Below are positions 24,494-38,584 of a stretch of 64,000 nt of DNA, in pieces. The stretch is from contig OZ024744.1 of assembly GCA_964016885.1 (NCBI GenBank), forward strand, positions 65,596,001-65,660,000, read 5' to 3'. The position numbers and the translations under genes are program-made. The DNA is from Eledone cirrhosa (Eukaryota). The notes below the pieces were generated by a model, which had not been told where the DNA came from, made no database searches, and saw only the letters and a program-made list of their open reading frames with translations. Each line of letters begins with the position of its first letter. Positions within the stretch are counted from its first letter, which is position 1.

Positions 24494-25498
24494 AAATTTA
24501 AGTTAGTGATAAAGTTGGATGTTTTATATTTAGAGTAACATTCTTCTTAATTTCAATTTGTTAACACTACTTTTATTCATAATTCCTTTTTTGATTTTAT
24601 AAGAAGGGTCTGTGTATGTTAGTAACACTCTTTAAGAAGCTGAATGCTTAAACGAATGAGATTTCCTTCCACTATCACATTAAAATGAAGAATAGAGAAG
24701 CTTGTTTTTCGTTTGCAATGGTTTCCAAACTTTTTCTATGACTACACCTTTCACTTTCTCAAAATATATTGTAACTCTCAGCATTGGAAATGAAAGATCG
24801 TATTCATGGTGAATTTTTTTCCCCTTTTGCAAATAAAACAAAAAGAAATTGTTGAAAATCTTAGTTAATTCATTCATAATGTTGAAACTGTATTTTATTT
24901 TTATTTTTTTCTTTACTTAGCGATAACTGGACTTTAGACTGGATATATATATATGATTATATATATATATATATATTTTTTTGCCACCATTTATTATACG
25001 AGTGGTTTAACGAGACTTTATCTGCTCATTCAATCTGCTAGGAATAGCAGTCAAATTTCTCAGTTTGCTGTCCTAAGTGAAGAATACTTTGGGTAATGTG
25101 ATTCTAGAAACTATGTCTGAAAGAAAAACATGCGATAGTCACGAGTGGAACGCTTTTGTTCAGAGTTGACCTGGAACTAAATGTCCACAAGAACAATTTT
25201 GGTCGGAAAATACTAACATTACAACACACACACACACACAATACGTACATACATACATGCATGCATACATACAAACATACATAAACATACACAGGCACAT
25301 ACATACATATATATAAACACATACTCATACACATACACATGCACATACATTTATACAGACAGAGAAATCATCTTTGGTATCTTTAAAGAAAAGGTTGCTT
25401 TGAGAAACGAATTTCGTAGTCCGGTTTTCAATTATAAAATCTTTATTGAACAAATTTCAATTAAATTACATAATGTTTGTAATAAAAAAAAAAGAATT

Positions 25499-25685
25499 AA
25501 ATAATTGTTTCTACTATTGGCAGAAGGCCAGCAATTATCCCAATGCATTACTGGTACTTTATTTTATCGACCCCGTAAGGATGAAAGGCAAAGTTAACCT
25601 CGGCGGGTTTTGAACTCAGAATGGCAAGGGCCGTAATTCTATGCGTCAAAGCATAGCGTCCGACTCTCTATCGATACTGCCAATT
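25499..25685 (-). mobile_element. tRNA-derived SINE
   Basis: Family consensus match. Confidence 0.88.
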
Positions 25686-26204
25686 CAAAGTAAGGGGGGG
25701 GGGGGAGCAGCAGACTACACTCGTGTCTAGGTGGTATATCTCAGCTGTGCTCCGTGGAGAAAATGGCGAAAGCATTGCTACAGAGAACAGTCTGTGATAC
25801 ATGCTCCGTTAGAAACTCCACTTCACAGAGCTCCTTCCTTAAGCAGGATGCACTCCTCTCAATTTTTCAGAGGAAAACAGCAGTTCAGAGACCAAGGACA
25901 CCAGATGTCTCAACAGTGACCAGCACAAAAAGGAAAATGGTCAATCAAGTCTCAGTATTTAGATATCTTTTGCTTCTCTGCATTACGGGTGGCACCACCT
26001 GGGTTTTTATTATTTTTAGGTATGCAACCATACGTTGTGATGGAACTTAAATATATCAGCAACTTCATACAATTTTTTGTGTAGCTATGCTAGCTTAAAT
26101 TATGATTATCTAACAATGTGCAAACATAGCAGAAATGTGTATGACATAAATAAATTGAATTATGTATCCAGTCCCAGGCTCCAAAATGTAGTTTTGTATT
26201 GAGA

Positions 26205-26885
26205 AGGGTTCATCGCGCGGAGAGTACTTGGCCCCAAAACTTGCATAGATTGGAAAGAAATGAAGCCTGCATGCTCCGATGGATGTGTGATAGTAATATA
26301 CGAGAATGGCGAAGCATAAATGAACTGAGGGAAACTAGGCATAAGAGGAATCAAATGCTGTGTGCAGGAGAGGAGATTGCATTAGCATAGACATGTGTTG
26401 CGTATGAAGGTTGACAGCTGCATAAAAAAGTGCAGAACGCTCAAAGTTGTTGGAAGCCTTGGAGTGGGGAGACCCAAGAAGACCTGGGATGAGGTGATAA
26501 AAGCCGACCTTACCCAATTGCACCTCCCAGAGGAGATGACACATGACCGGGATCTCTGGCGATATGCAGTAATACAGAAGACCCAACTCCCCAGGATCAC
26601 AAGCTGAAGCATATGTACAGTATGCCCCCACCCCCCACCAAAAGAACCCCTCCTCCCTCCAAGCCCACACTGTAAAGTGGATGTATAAAATATATGACAA
26701 AAAGCACCCAGCCCACACTGTGAATGTGGTTGGCGTTAGGAAGGGCATCCAACCATAGAAAACCAGCCAGAAACACCCCTATATGAGCGAGACAGTCACC
26801 CGACAAAACTTGCCTCTAAATGGGATATGTCTAACCCATGCTAGCATGGAAGATGGACGTTAATCAATGATGATGATGATGATGA
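26205..26885 (+). mobile_element. RTE LINE 3' fragment with a long 3' UTR carrying the 48-bp module
   Basis: RLERNEACMLRWMC; GRPKKTWDEV; 3' UTR ggttggcgttaggaagggcatcc..aacccatgctagcatgga..(GAT)n. Confidence 0.8.
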
Positions 26886-27079
26886 TTACTCTATATATAC
26901 TATTGTATTTTCATGGTAAAGACTTTATCTCACATAATTATCTCACATAGTATGGAATCTATGAGTTTTGAAATTAATACCTTAACATCAGTATGAGTGG
27001 CCAGTTACAGCCGGTTTGAACAAAAAGAGGTGAGAGAATTCTGGCCGGATACAGCTGGTCTAAATACTAAAGGGTTTAA
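26885..27079 (+). mobile_element. piggyBac-type MITE, left end lost
   Basis: Matches 35602-35829. Confidence 0.75.
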
Positions 27080-27084
27080 CATCT

Positions 27085-30000
27085 TTCATGTGTGTTGGAT
27101 GACCATTGCCTGGTCAGATGAAAAGATTTTCACTGTTGAGCAGACACACAACCGAAGAAATGATTGAGTAATTAGAAAAATAAGCATCAGCAACCAGTGT
27201 TGACCAAACATCTGTATTCTATACAATGTTGGCACTCTCAAAGGTAGATCTGCTGAAATAGCGGAGATGCTGGAGAGAAGGCATGTGGATGTGTGCTGTG
27301 TGCAAGAGGTGAGATGGAGAGGTGCCTCTGCGAGACTAGTCGCAGGCAAAAATCTTAGCTATAAGCTTTTCTGGGTAGGTAAGGATGATGGGTTAGGGGG
27401 AGTAGGCATTTTCCTGGCTGAGAGATGGATCAATAAGACAATAGAGGTAGTTCGAGTTAGTAATCGAATAATTAAGCTTAGATTAGTTGTAGGCAGGAGA
27501 CTACTGACAATCATCTCTGCCTATGCTCCCCAAGCAGGCCTAGGCAAAGAAGAGAAAGACTGCTTTTACGAGCAACTTTTACAAACAACCGCAATGACAG
27601 AGGACGGAGACATCGTTATGCTAGCAGGAGACTTAATGGTCATAGGAGTGAGACTTCTTGAATTTTGTGATGCAAGTACACTGACTATTTGCAACACTAA
27701 CTTCCAGAAACCGGCCAACCACCTAATAACCTACAAATCAGGTGAGCACATAAGCCAGATTGACTTCTTACTAGTTAGGCAGCGGGACGGGTAGTTGGTG
27801 TCTAATACCAAGGCATACCCTGGGGAAGAATGTACTCCACAGCATAGGTTAGTTGTTAGTGATATCTCAGTAAGCAAGAGATGGAATGAGACATACAGGA
27901 AGGGGTGAAGAAGAAGGGTCTAGAAGCTAAAAGACCTTTCACTAAAATACAAATTTAGGAAAGCCCTTCAAGATGTGTATGACAAAAAGGAAGACGATTT
28001 AGAGACATATGACATAGATAATAACTGGAATTTCTTACGTGACAACTTACTGCAGGCTACTGATGAAACTTGTGGTTGGAGCTCTGCTCCAACCAGACAG
28101 AGAGTGACCTGGTGGTGGAACAGCACAGTAGATAAGGCCATTAGAGACAAAAGACTAGCATGGAAGGCTTGGAAAAAGGGTGGGAGTAGAGAAGGACATA
28201 CAGCCGCTAAGAGAGAAGCTAGACGTCAGGTGTACTTAGCACACAGGGAGGCTGAGAGTAGGAGGTTTGCCAGTGTTCTGCGACAGGAAGATCAGAGGTG
28301 TGTGGTGTTCCACATTGCAAGGCAATGTGTCAATGCAAATCAGGATGTTGTTGGAGATAAATGTGTCTGGAATGATGCCGGTGTACTTAGTGTCACGAAT
28401 GATCAGAAAAAGGAGGCCTGGAAATGTCATTATGAGAGACTGATGAATGTGGAGAACGAATGGGAGAGAGAAAAATTACCCTCAGTAGATCCGACAGAGG
28501 GACCAGCTATTGAGATTGACAAATATAGGGTCAAAGAGGCGATTAAGGAAATGAAAAATGGTAAGGCTGCTGGACCATCGGGGATAGTTGCTGAGATGCT
28601 GAAGGCATCAGAGAATGTAGGCACAAAACTGGTTGCACGCATCATCAATCAGGCTATATATGGTGGTGTCAGACCCAAAGACTGGTGCAGCAGTATTCTC
28701 ATAAATTGCTACAACGGTAAAGGGGATGCTCTGGAGAGGAGCAATTATAGGGGCATAAAACTGATGGATCAGGTTGTGAAAGTGGTAGAAAGGATATTAG
28801 CACAACTAATTAGAGAAAGGGTCAAACTAGATGAGATGCAGTTTGGTTTTGTGTCTGGGAAAAGTACAACAGATGGTGAGACAATTACAAGAGAGGTTCT
28901 TAGAGAAGAATAAGCCACTACTTAGCCTTTGTTGACCTAGAGAAGGCCTTTGATAGGGTACCACCCCGATCTGTCATCTGGTGGTCCCTAAGGAAAATAG
29001 GTGTTGAATAATGGCTTGTGAGGACAGTGCAAACTTTGTACAGAGGTGCTGTCAGTAAAGTGAGGGTAGGAATGGAGTTTAGTGAGGAATTCCAGATACA
29101 AGTAGGAGTACATCAAGGTTTGGTCCTCAGCCCGCTCTTGTTCATTATAGTCCTCCAAGCCATAACAGAGGAGTTTAAGACTGACTGTTCATGGGAACTT
29201 CTCTATGCTGGTTCTTATAGCATAATCTTATAGCAGAATCGGTAGAGGAGCTAGAGAATAAATTCTGGCTATGGAAACAGCAGTTGGAAGCAAGAGGACT
29301 AAGAGTGAACCTAGCTAAGACAAAAGTGTTGATGAGTAGAAAAGAGGACAAAACTCTGATTCCGTCAGGGAAATGACCATGTTCAATATGCAGAAAAGGA
29401 ACTTGCATAAATTCTATAAAATGCACACAATCCAGATCCTGGGTACACAAGAGATGTAGTGGGACAGCAGGCAAACTAACAGGTAGGGAGAAATATGTAT
29501 GCAGTAGATGTACAGGGAAATTAGACAGTAGAAGTCGCATTGATAGACACATTTTTCAAATGCAGCTGGGTGCTATAGAAGTGGTGGATAGCTTCCAGTA
29601 CCTAGGTGATCAGATTAGCATGGGAGGGGGTTGTTCCGATGCCATAGCATCTAGAATAAGGACGGGTTGGAAGAAGTTTAGGGCGCAGCTTCCTCTGCTG
29701 ATGAAGAAGAGTTTCTCCCTGCATACGAAAGGCCGGTTATATGATGCCTGTGTGAGGAGCACGATGCTGCACGGTAGTGAGACATGGGCAGCAACTGAAG
29801 AGGATATGCGATGGCTGGAGAGAAATGAGGCAAGCATACTCCATTGGATGTGCAATGTCAATGTGCGTGAACGATCCAGCATAAATGTGTTGAGAGAGAA
29901 ACTGTGTTTGAGAGGGATAGAATGTAGTATGCGAGAGAGGAGACTGAGGTGGTATGGACATGTGATGTGCATGGAGGATGACCGATGGGTGAAGAAGTGC

Positions 30001-30793
30001 CAGAAAATGCCAGTTGAAGGAAGACGTGGTAGAGGTAGACCACGAAAAACATGGGCAGAGGTGGTGAGAACAGACCTCAGATCGCTAAAGCTCACGGTGG
30101 AGATAACGAAGGACCGTGACAAGTGGAGAGATGCTGTGCTGAATAAGACCCGTCCCACTCTTGCAAGCAGAGAAAAGAGGACGTAAAATGATGATGATGA
30201 TGATGATGATGATGAAACCAGCTTCTGTTATGGTCTGTTTCATCATCTTGGAAGTCTCCTCTCATATTTCTGGAAGAAAGGACAAAAATCAGCTCACTAT
30301 CTTACATAAACGATATTCTAGAGCCTACACTTGATTCTGTGGACCTTCCAACATTGATTATCTCTGGACCTTCCAACAGGATGGAGTAACTTCCCAATGC
30401 AGCAAATGTCACACAAGCTTGGTGCAAAGACCATTTTCTGAGGTTCTGGTAAAAAAAAAAATGTGGCCTCCTTATTCACCTGATTTGAATCCTATGGACT
30501 TTTCAGTATAGTCTATCCTGTTCAAAAGTCCATAAGACAGTCGATGATTTAAAGGCATCTTTACTGAGCAATTGGAAAGAAATTCCTCAAGAAATGCTGT
30601 ATGCTTCAGTGAAAGATGTTCAACAGAGGTTAGAGGCTGTTATTGCTGCACGCGTTGGTTATTTTGAATGAATTCTATATATCATATTTTAAAGATATTT
30701 TCGTATAATTATATATATGTTGCCGGTCAATAAAGTTAGTAGTTTTGTTATTAAAAGCATTTTTATTTGCTTCCAAACTTATGTCCCACCCTG
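27085..30793 (+). mobile_element. Tc1/mariner (maT/DD37D-like) transposon relic interrupted by an RTE
   Basis: WSDEKIFTVEQTHNRRND (27113-27166); HQQPASVMV split by the RTE; FQQDG; WPPYSPDLNPMDFSV; RLEAVIAARVGYFE; right TIR ..gtcccaccctg-TA at about 30793. Confidence 0.82.
27198..30215 (+). mobile_element. RTE-clade LINE, nearly the whole ORF (APE + RT), decayed
   Basis: YNVGTLKGR..VDVCCVQEVRWRG, ISAYAPQ, SQIDF; KAAGPSGI, NYRGIKL, QFGF, FVDLEKAFDRVP, GVHQG..SPLLF; LRWYGHV, GRPRKTW; (GAT)n tail. TSD aaccag at 27192-27197 and 30216-30221. Confidence 0.93.
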
Positions 30794-31446
30794 TATATAT
30801 GTATGTTGGTTCACTCTTGAGTGCTACTGGTAACATGTAACCCAGTACAACCTGTCACAAAAAACAAAACCTGACAAAGGGCGGAAGAATTCATAAGAGT
30901 CAATGGCCATCCAAAAATGTGTAAATATGTATATACATATGTATATATGTGTATATGTATATATGTATATGCATGTATACATATGTGTATATATGCGCTG
31001 GGACAAAAAAATAATCGGGCTGGATACCTGATCGCGTGGTTAAACCACTGGGAGTGAAGGACCCTAGCCTTTGTCAGGGCATTTTTCTAGGAGAAGGGAA
31101 CTCAGGAAACTGGGATAACTCCGACATAAAACCTGCGTCTCAGTAGTTACCGATGGTGTTGATCTTTTCTTCTTTTCGGGTTATAGCTACTGTCACTCAG
31201 AGAGTGGGATTGGCTCAGTGCACAGTCTTTCCTCACTTTAAAAAATATCTTCACGCACAGGCATTGCACGATGGCATTAATTGATAATTATTAATAATGT
31301 TATATTGTGCAATGGCCATACTCGATAACGAGGGGGCAGCCATCATGTATGTATGTATGCATGGATGGATGGATGTATGTATGTATGTTTGTATGCATAC
31401 ATGCATGTATTTACATTTTATTTATGTATATATATGTATGGCCCTT

Positions 31447-31491
<45 letters not shown>

Positions 31492-31854
31492 AATGTGTGT
31501 GTGTGTATGTATAAGGAAGGGCCACATATTTTTAGCTCGGAAGTGTGAGGTAAGTAAAGTAAGGTACCTTATCCAAGAAGTACAAACAACACAATGGTTA
31601 TTATAGTAAAGATTCAGCTTGTGTTCAGTAGACCAACAAGGAATTCATTTAGAAAGCTTATTATTATAGAAAAAAAAGAGTCAATTGATAGAAAGGGAAC
31701 TTTAAACTTGATAGCTAGATTAGCTTCAATTGAAAACATTTGGGGGGGGGGGGGGTTGTAAAGCCCCACAAACCCTTGTAGCATACATGCACATACATGA
31801 ATAAAAGATGAATGAAAACTCTGATAATTTAATCTCCTTAACAGAACCACCAAA

Positions 31855-31930
31855 AACACTACTGCTACTGCTGATGGTGGTTGTGGTGGTTGTGGTGGTA
31901 GTGGTTGTGGTGGTGGTGGTGGTGGTGATG

Positions 31931-31988
<58 letters not shown>

Positions 31989-32100
31989 CACAACCACTGT
32001 TACTACTACTACCTCTACCACCACAAGCACTACTGCCACAACAGCCACCACCATCACCACAACAACTAACAACACTGCAACACTGCTGTTGCAACTACTA

Positions 32101-32135
<35 letters not shown>
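31855..32135. repeat. Compound (GGT)/(CTA) trinucleotide tract
   Basis: Seen directly in the sequence. Confidence 0.9.
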
Positions 32136-32137
<2 letters not shown>

Positions 32138-32449
32138 ATCCCAAAAAAAGAAGCCCACAACTTATACTATCTACTTCTTACAAATGTCAGACTTCAAAAA
32201 TCTCTGATGACTTTTCATTATGACCAGATACAACTGAGATTTACAGATCTGTGTTAGTGGGAGGGTAAGGACAAATGATATATACACATTTGGATGTTTA
32301 TTAAATGTCTTTTCTATAAAATGCCTCAGAAGACTACTCTATAAGCTGAAGGTCAGTCAGTGACAGGAGTTATAAATTTGAAGTGAAGATTTCGAACTAA
32401 AATATGGTTGTCAGTGGGTGAACACTAATCCTATTATATATTTTAACCC

Positions 32450-32775
32450 TGTATGTATGGTCCTGTAACTCCTGATAGAGTTGTAGGAGTGCCGTATTGA
32501 CATACAGCGTTTCTTGGGCATTTTATGCCTGGCAAAGCCTATTCCTCTCTGAGTACAGCAGATTTCTTCCAGAGAAAGATAGAAAGTGAGAGAGAAGAAA
32601 TGAGAAAGAGATATAGAGGAAGAATCCACCCCAGTACTAGGCTGGTGCCTTTTTTATCAACCTGGAAAGGATGAAAGGCAAAATTACCTCGGCGGGATTT
32701 GAACTCAGAGAACAGAGAGCTGGAACAAATACCATAAAGCACTCTATTTGACATTCTAACGACACTACCAATTTT
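32450..32775 (-). mobile_element. Composite SINE variant
   Basis: Reverse complement of 40170-40505. Confidence 0.72.
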
Positions 32776-32778
32776 TTG

Positions 32779-32988
32779 CCTCTTTAGCATTTACATTACT
32801 CTATATTTACTATCATATTTTTACAGTAAAGGCTTTACCTCACATAATATCGAATCTATCAAATTTTAATATTTATTTTGAGAACAATAACTTAACATCG
32901 GTATGAGCGACTGGTTACAGCTAGTTTGAACAGAAAGAGGTAAGAGAATTCTGACTTGATATGACCGGTTTAAATGCTAACGGGTTAA
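32779..32988 (+). mobile_element. piggyBac-type MITE
   Basis: ctttagcatttac..taaatgctaacgggttaa; matches 35602-35829. Confidence 0.8.
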
Positions 32989-33139
32989 CCAATCCATAAA
33001 TCAAACCTAACAGTATTTCTATAACCAAAATCACATATGTTTGATTTAAATTCAATGTTCTTTGTATTTAGTAGATGTTCAGAGACAATTGATAATAAGA
33101 GTTACAATAACAGTAATAAAATAAATAATATAAACCTTT

Positions 33140-33825
33140 TTCAATCCCAGGAAGGATCCATAGAAGTAGTTCATAGCTTTTGCTACCTAGGCAATATAGT
33201 TAGCGGTGGAGAAGGGTGCTCAGAGAACAGAGTAACTAGAATAAAGACAGGATGGAAAAAGTTTACAGAACTTCTATCCCTTCTAACAACAAAACTTTTC
33301 CCCTTATGAACAAAAGGTTGGTTGTATAATGACTGTGTGCAAAGTGCCTGCTGTGTGGTAGTGAGACATGGGCAGTGAATGGAGAGGATATGAAAAGGAT
33401 AGAGAGAAATGAAGCAAGAAACTGGCCAGATTTTAATGGATGTGCAATGTTAATGTGTGAGAAGGACAAAGCTTGGATGAATTGAGGTAGAAACTGGGTA
33501 AAAGAAGAATCAGAAATGGTGTACAGGAGAGGAGGCTGTGTTGGTATGGACATATGTTGTGCATGGATGAAGATCACTGGGTAAAGAAGTCCCAAGTAAT
33601 CCCTGTGGAAGGAAACCTCAGTAGAGAAACACCTGAATGGAAGTGGGTGGAGCTGATCTCAGATTGCTGAAGCTCACAGAGGAGATGACATAGGAATGTG
33701 ACAAGTGGAGAGATGCTGTACTAAGAAGGATCCATCCAGCCTATGCAAGCGTAGAACAACAGACATAAAATGATGATGATGAAGATGATGATGATGATGA
33801 TGATAATGATGATGATGATAATAAT
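33140..33825 (+). mobile_element. RTE LINE 3' fragment
   Basis: IEVVHSFCYLG..RIKTGWKKF; homologous to 29570-30215; (GAT)n tail. Confidence 0.82.
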
Positions 33826-34966
33826 GCCTCCTGGTTTGAGATGTCTGTCACAATAAGTGAAGATTTCAAGCTTTCAGTGCTGTCTCCCTCTTTCATCCTC
33901 CAGGGCAACATTTTCTCCATTTTGTCCTCTGCGGGAACTGTGAGGTGATCTGCATAGGGGCTCCCTCACACAAAAGAATGCTTCCCCAATATTGTTTAGG
34001 CCCACATCATTGGGGTAACATTGCTGAGATGTATTGTCATAATTTATATTGTAAAGCAGGCATTGGAAACCGTTTACAAACAATGGGCCACATACAATGT
34101 AGCTCATCATAAGGCAGGCTGCACTACTAAAAATATCAAGATAATTTTGAAATTAGGTATGCAATTCAGAAATTCAAATGGGCTGTATGCAGCTCGCAGG
34201 TCAGAAATTTTGCTTGTGATAACTATATATATGTATAGATGCAGAAACATGTGCATGTGTACACATATAACCCCAAACATACAGATCCGCACATAGAATA
34301 ACACCCATACCTACAAACACACACCTATATGCACAAACACATACAGACATCATGTGTATTTACTTATTGTGCTCCCTGCTCTAACCCACATCCAGGATTC
34401 ACTTTCCTTGATAAACTCATGCCACTTTAGAAAACCAAACACATCCTACAGTACTCTACCAGCAGCAATTAACTCTCTTTTAGGCTATTTCCACGGCCTG
34501 ATGCTTCCTCTTCTATAGTGAAATGATCCCTCTGTCCTGGCAAGCAGATTGTAGCCTGCAACCTCTCTCATCTTACAACCCCACTCTCACCACAACATCC
34601 TCAGCCTAATCAAAGACAAAAGTAGTGTTGTAATGAGATAGTGTTTATGCCATGATAAAATGTTCTATGCCTACTCTGTAACGTGGTAGTATGGGTGCCT
34701 TAATAAATGTACTTAATCCACCCTATAAGGTGCTAGTGCCAGAACAAAAAGTATCCAGTCCAATCTGCAAGGTGGTAATGCTAGTTCCACAACATAAAGC
34801 ACCCAGTACATCCTGTAAAGAAATTGAGCCAGCGCCATGACGAAAAAACACCCAGCCCACTTCGTCCACTTTGTTGGAGCCATGACAAAAAGGTACATGT
34901 TATAAAGACAAGCCAAAAATGGATGGTATGAGCAAGACATGGTTACTTGACCTGTCTAGCCTTGGA

Positions 34967-35011
<45 letters not shown>

Positions 35012-35027
35012 ATGATGGTGGTGACGG

Positions 35028-35064
<37 letters not shown>

Positions 35065-35509
35065 AGTGATGGTGTTGATGATGATAAAGATGCTGATAAT
35101 AATGTGGTGCGCACTTTTCTAAAAATTAGCATCGATATCTTTATTCATATAAGGTATAGCTGACTTTTTCAAAGATTTTTTTCAGTAATGGTTTGATTTT
35201 TGTTAATTAATGAATTAATTAATTTTCATAGATTTATTGGCATTTCTTTTCATTCTTCCATTCCCTCATTTTCTTGTTATATTTTGGAAATTATAATGTT
35301 ACTGTTCTATATTGATTTTCCTTCTCATTTTATTGTCATTTTTTCAAAAATGGTATCCTTGCCTACCAAAATATATATGTAATATTTTAAAATAAAACAT
35401 GTGTCTGGGCACTCCTATATAGGTACACTGATGCCCACCTCAAATGGGGAAGGCCCTAGAAAATGTTGGCTAAATATCACAAGTCACTTCAATTCTGGCT
35501 AGGTAACTG

Positions 35510-37640
35510 CACCTAGTAAATGTGATCGAAATGACCAGAAATATGTCAGTCATTCTACTATCATGACAATCAGAACATGGAACATCAGAACTTTGCTTGA
35601 TTTAACCCTTTAGCATTTAGATTACTCTATATATACTATTGTATTTTTGTGATAAAGGCTTTATCTTACATAATTATCTCACATAATATCGAATCTACGA
35701 GATTTTGATGTTATTTATTTTAAGAACAATACCTTAACGTCAGTATGAATGGCCAGTTAAGGCTGGTTTGAACAGAAAAGGGTGAGAGAATTCTGGCAAA
35801 TACAGCCAGTTTAAATGCTATAGGGTTAAAAGAAAATGATAGCTAACCTAAAAGAAGAATAGCCATATGGCTCAAGAACTGGCTTGACTGAACATCAACA
35901 TTGCTGCCTTGAATGAAACAAAACTTTCAGGAGAAGGCAAGATTCAGGTTACATCACCCACCATTCTTTGGAAAGGAAAGGAAGTAGGAGAATGTCATTC
36001 TCTTGGAGTTGGCTTTGCTGTGAAGACATGGCTGGTGAAGGACTATCAACCCATCAATAAGAGACTTATGAATCCAGTTTTTGGATACAGCTTCGTCACT
36101 TTCATCTCCACCTATACATCCTCTCTCAATAGCAATGAAGATGTTAAGAATGCATTTTACCTGCAGCTGAACACTGTTTTCTCCAAAGTATCACCTAAAG
36201 ACAAGTTCATCTTGCTTGGTGATTTCAATGCCAGAACCATAAAAAACTACCTTTTGTGGGAGAATATCATGGTAAAACAAGATACTGGAAACTGCAATGC
36301 AAATGGTCAAATACTACTTGGACTCTACACAGAGCATGAACTTTTCTTTACTAATACTCACTCCATGCTCCAAAACTACTTTAAAACAGCATAGATGCAC
36401 CTACATTGAGCATGAGATTGACTATATCACAATTGGTCTGTGTAACAAGAAAGATGTCACTAATCACCAACACAGAATTTTTGTTTATCATAATCCACCA
36501 GTCCACCTAAAATGACATAGAAAGTTAAAGACCAAGCTGAAAGATTCCAAGAATATATCCAAGACAAGCTGGCAAACAGCCCTACCAACACCAAGGACAA
36601 AAAAGAGGAATAGACAACAATTTGAAACATCATCCAGGAAGCAGCCAAGAACATCATTGGCGTCGGGAGAAGGATTGGTTTGATGGAAACAACAAAGAAA
36701 TCTTGAAACTAGCTGATACTAAAAGAGAGGCCTGCCTATCCCTTGAACAAATCTCAACCTCAGACATGAAGAAAAAACGTTTTTAAGATCCCAAGCAGAT
36801 ATGTCAAACTTGGATTAGAAATATTCAAAACAACTAGTGGGTAGAAAAAGCTATAGAGCTTCAACCACAAGCAGATGCCAGGGACATTAGAACTTTCTAT
36901 GCCTGATCAAAAATTTGTATGGTTCAACCTAAGCTTTGACATCTATTTTGAAGACTAATTACAATAGCAACATTCTCACAGACATCCAGATCATCCAAAA
37001 CCTCTGGAAAAAACACATCAGCGCTCCTCTAAATAAAAACTTCACTGTAGCAGCAGATTTTCTTAGAACAGTGCTTCAACATCCAAAATGGTAGTCAGTC
37101 TTTAAGAACAAGTTTATTGAACCCTCATTCTGAGAATGTAGGAAATCCAAATAGAACAAACAGACCTAAAAAACGCTCTCATCATTACAGTCTTTAAGAA
37201 GGGAGATTGCAGCATTTGTAGAAACTACCATGGCATATTCCTTCTCTTTATCATAGGAAAATCTTTGCTGGAATACAGCTCAACCATCTCCTAGTCATCT
37301 TAAAGTGTCGCTGGAATTTCAGTGAGGGTTTTGAGCCGCCAAAGGAACAATTGACAGGATATGCAATGGAAACCTCTTGCTTATCTTCTATGCTCTCAAA
37401 AAAGCATTCAACAGGACTGCATGGTAGAACAGGTGACATGTCAAACAGCACATCAGACGATTTCCTGATCACCAATGGCTTACAACAAAGGTAGGTACTT
37501 GCTCCAGGCTTTTTCTCCCTATAACTTGCAGCTATGGTTCACAAAATTCTACTTACCAATCCTAATTTAGGAATCAAGTACCACTTTCATGATGGACCCT
37601 AGAATCTGTCCAGACTCCAATCACTAAGACTGACCAACTT
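35510..37640 (+). mobile_element. Decayed RTE-BovB-like LINE
   Basis: TWNIRTLLD; QELA..NINIAALNETKL; GVGFAV; ILLGDFNAR; CNANGQILL; KKGDCSICRNYHGI; NGLQQR.VLAPGFF. Many stops. Confidence 0.75.
35602..35829 (+). mobile_element. piggyBac-type MITE (~220 bp) in the BovB-like LINE
   Basis: TTAA-ccctttagcattta ... taaatgctataggg-TTAA. Confidence 0.88.
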
Positions 37641-38584
37641 CGGGTGAATGTGCCATCAGAGTGCTGATGTGTTTTTTTTCAGAGGTTTTGGACCAAAAGG
37701 ACTGGAGAGAAAGGTAACCATAGTGTGATCAAGAGCTTTGAATCCAGTCGCGTAGAGAAATTGTGTGTTGACCAAACAAGGACGAAGAAACAGGCCTTCA
37801 TAAGGCTCTCCATAAACTCTTGCTCTTGCGATCTATGTGGCTTGGTCTGTGGGTCACTGGCGGGATTGAAATGTCACATGAGACACCGCCATCCAGAGAG
37901 CTGAACTTTTGTTGAACACTCATACGTCAGATATCGATGGGAGAGTCCATCATATAATAATATATACGCCTGTGTATGTAAGTATGAATTATTATTTATT
38001 AACATTTTTATTTACAAGAGAAACCACTCTTTCTATACTTCAGATTATTCAGATTATATACAAGAAATTGCAATCTGCAAATTGACCTGGCATATAAGCC
38101 GACCACAAGATTTAAGCTAAAAATTCTGGATTAGGCCTTAATCTGTCATATAGGTCAACCCCTAAACATACATTAGACTATTGGTAGGTCAAAATGTTGG
38201 CCTAAATGAGGATAGGCTATGATAATCTGTGATAAAACCATATAATAAAGCCACATCACTTACATAAAGACATTAACTCCAATACCTCTCTGTATGGGTT
38301 ATGTATAATGTATAGTAAAGAAACTATAAAATTTGTCAGTAAAACTTTACTTCTCATTATTTTGGTAACAGCTGTTGGACATCATGTCTGCTTGTAAACA
38401 CATTAAAGCTAAAATCAATCTCTCTAATAAAATATTAATAGATCACATACCATAATATTGTTATGCAATGTATATTATAGTAAGATACTATAGTACACCA
38501 CCACTATTTGCATCAGGGATGTAAACAAACAGCCAATGGTACAACCAGCATCACATGACTAACTGTGATGCTGTGGGGTCTGTT

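Noticed and set aside
25705-26030. Possible host exon (ORF 25754-26050)
   Set aside because: No recognisable host domain. Weak resemblance to a decayed piggyBac C-terminal Cys region, too weak to call.
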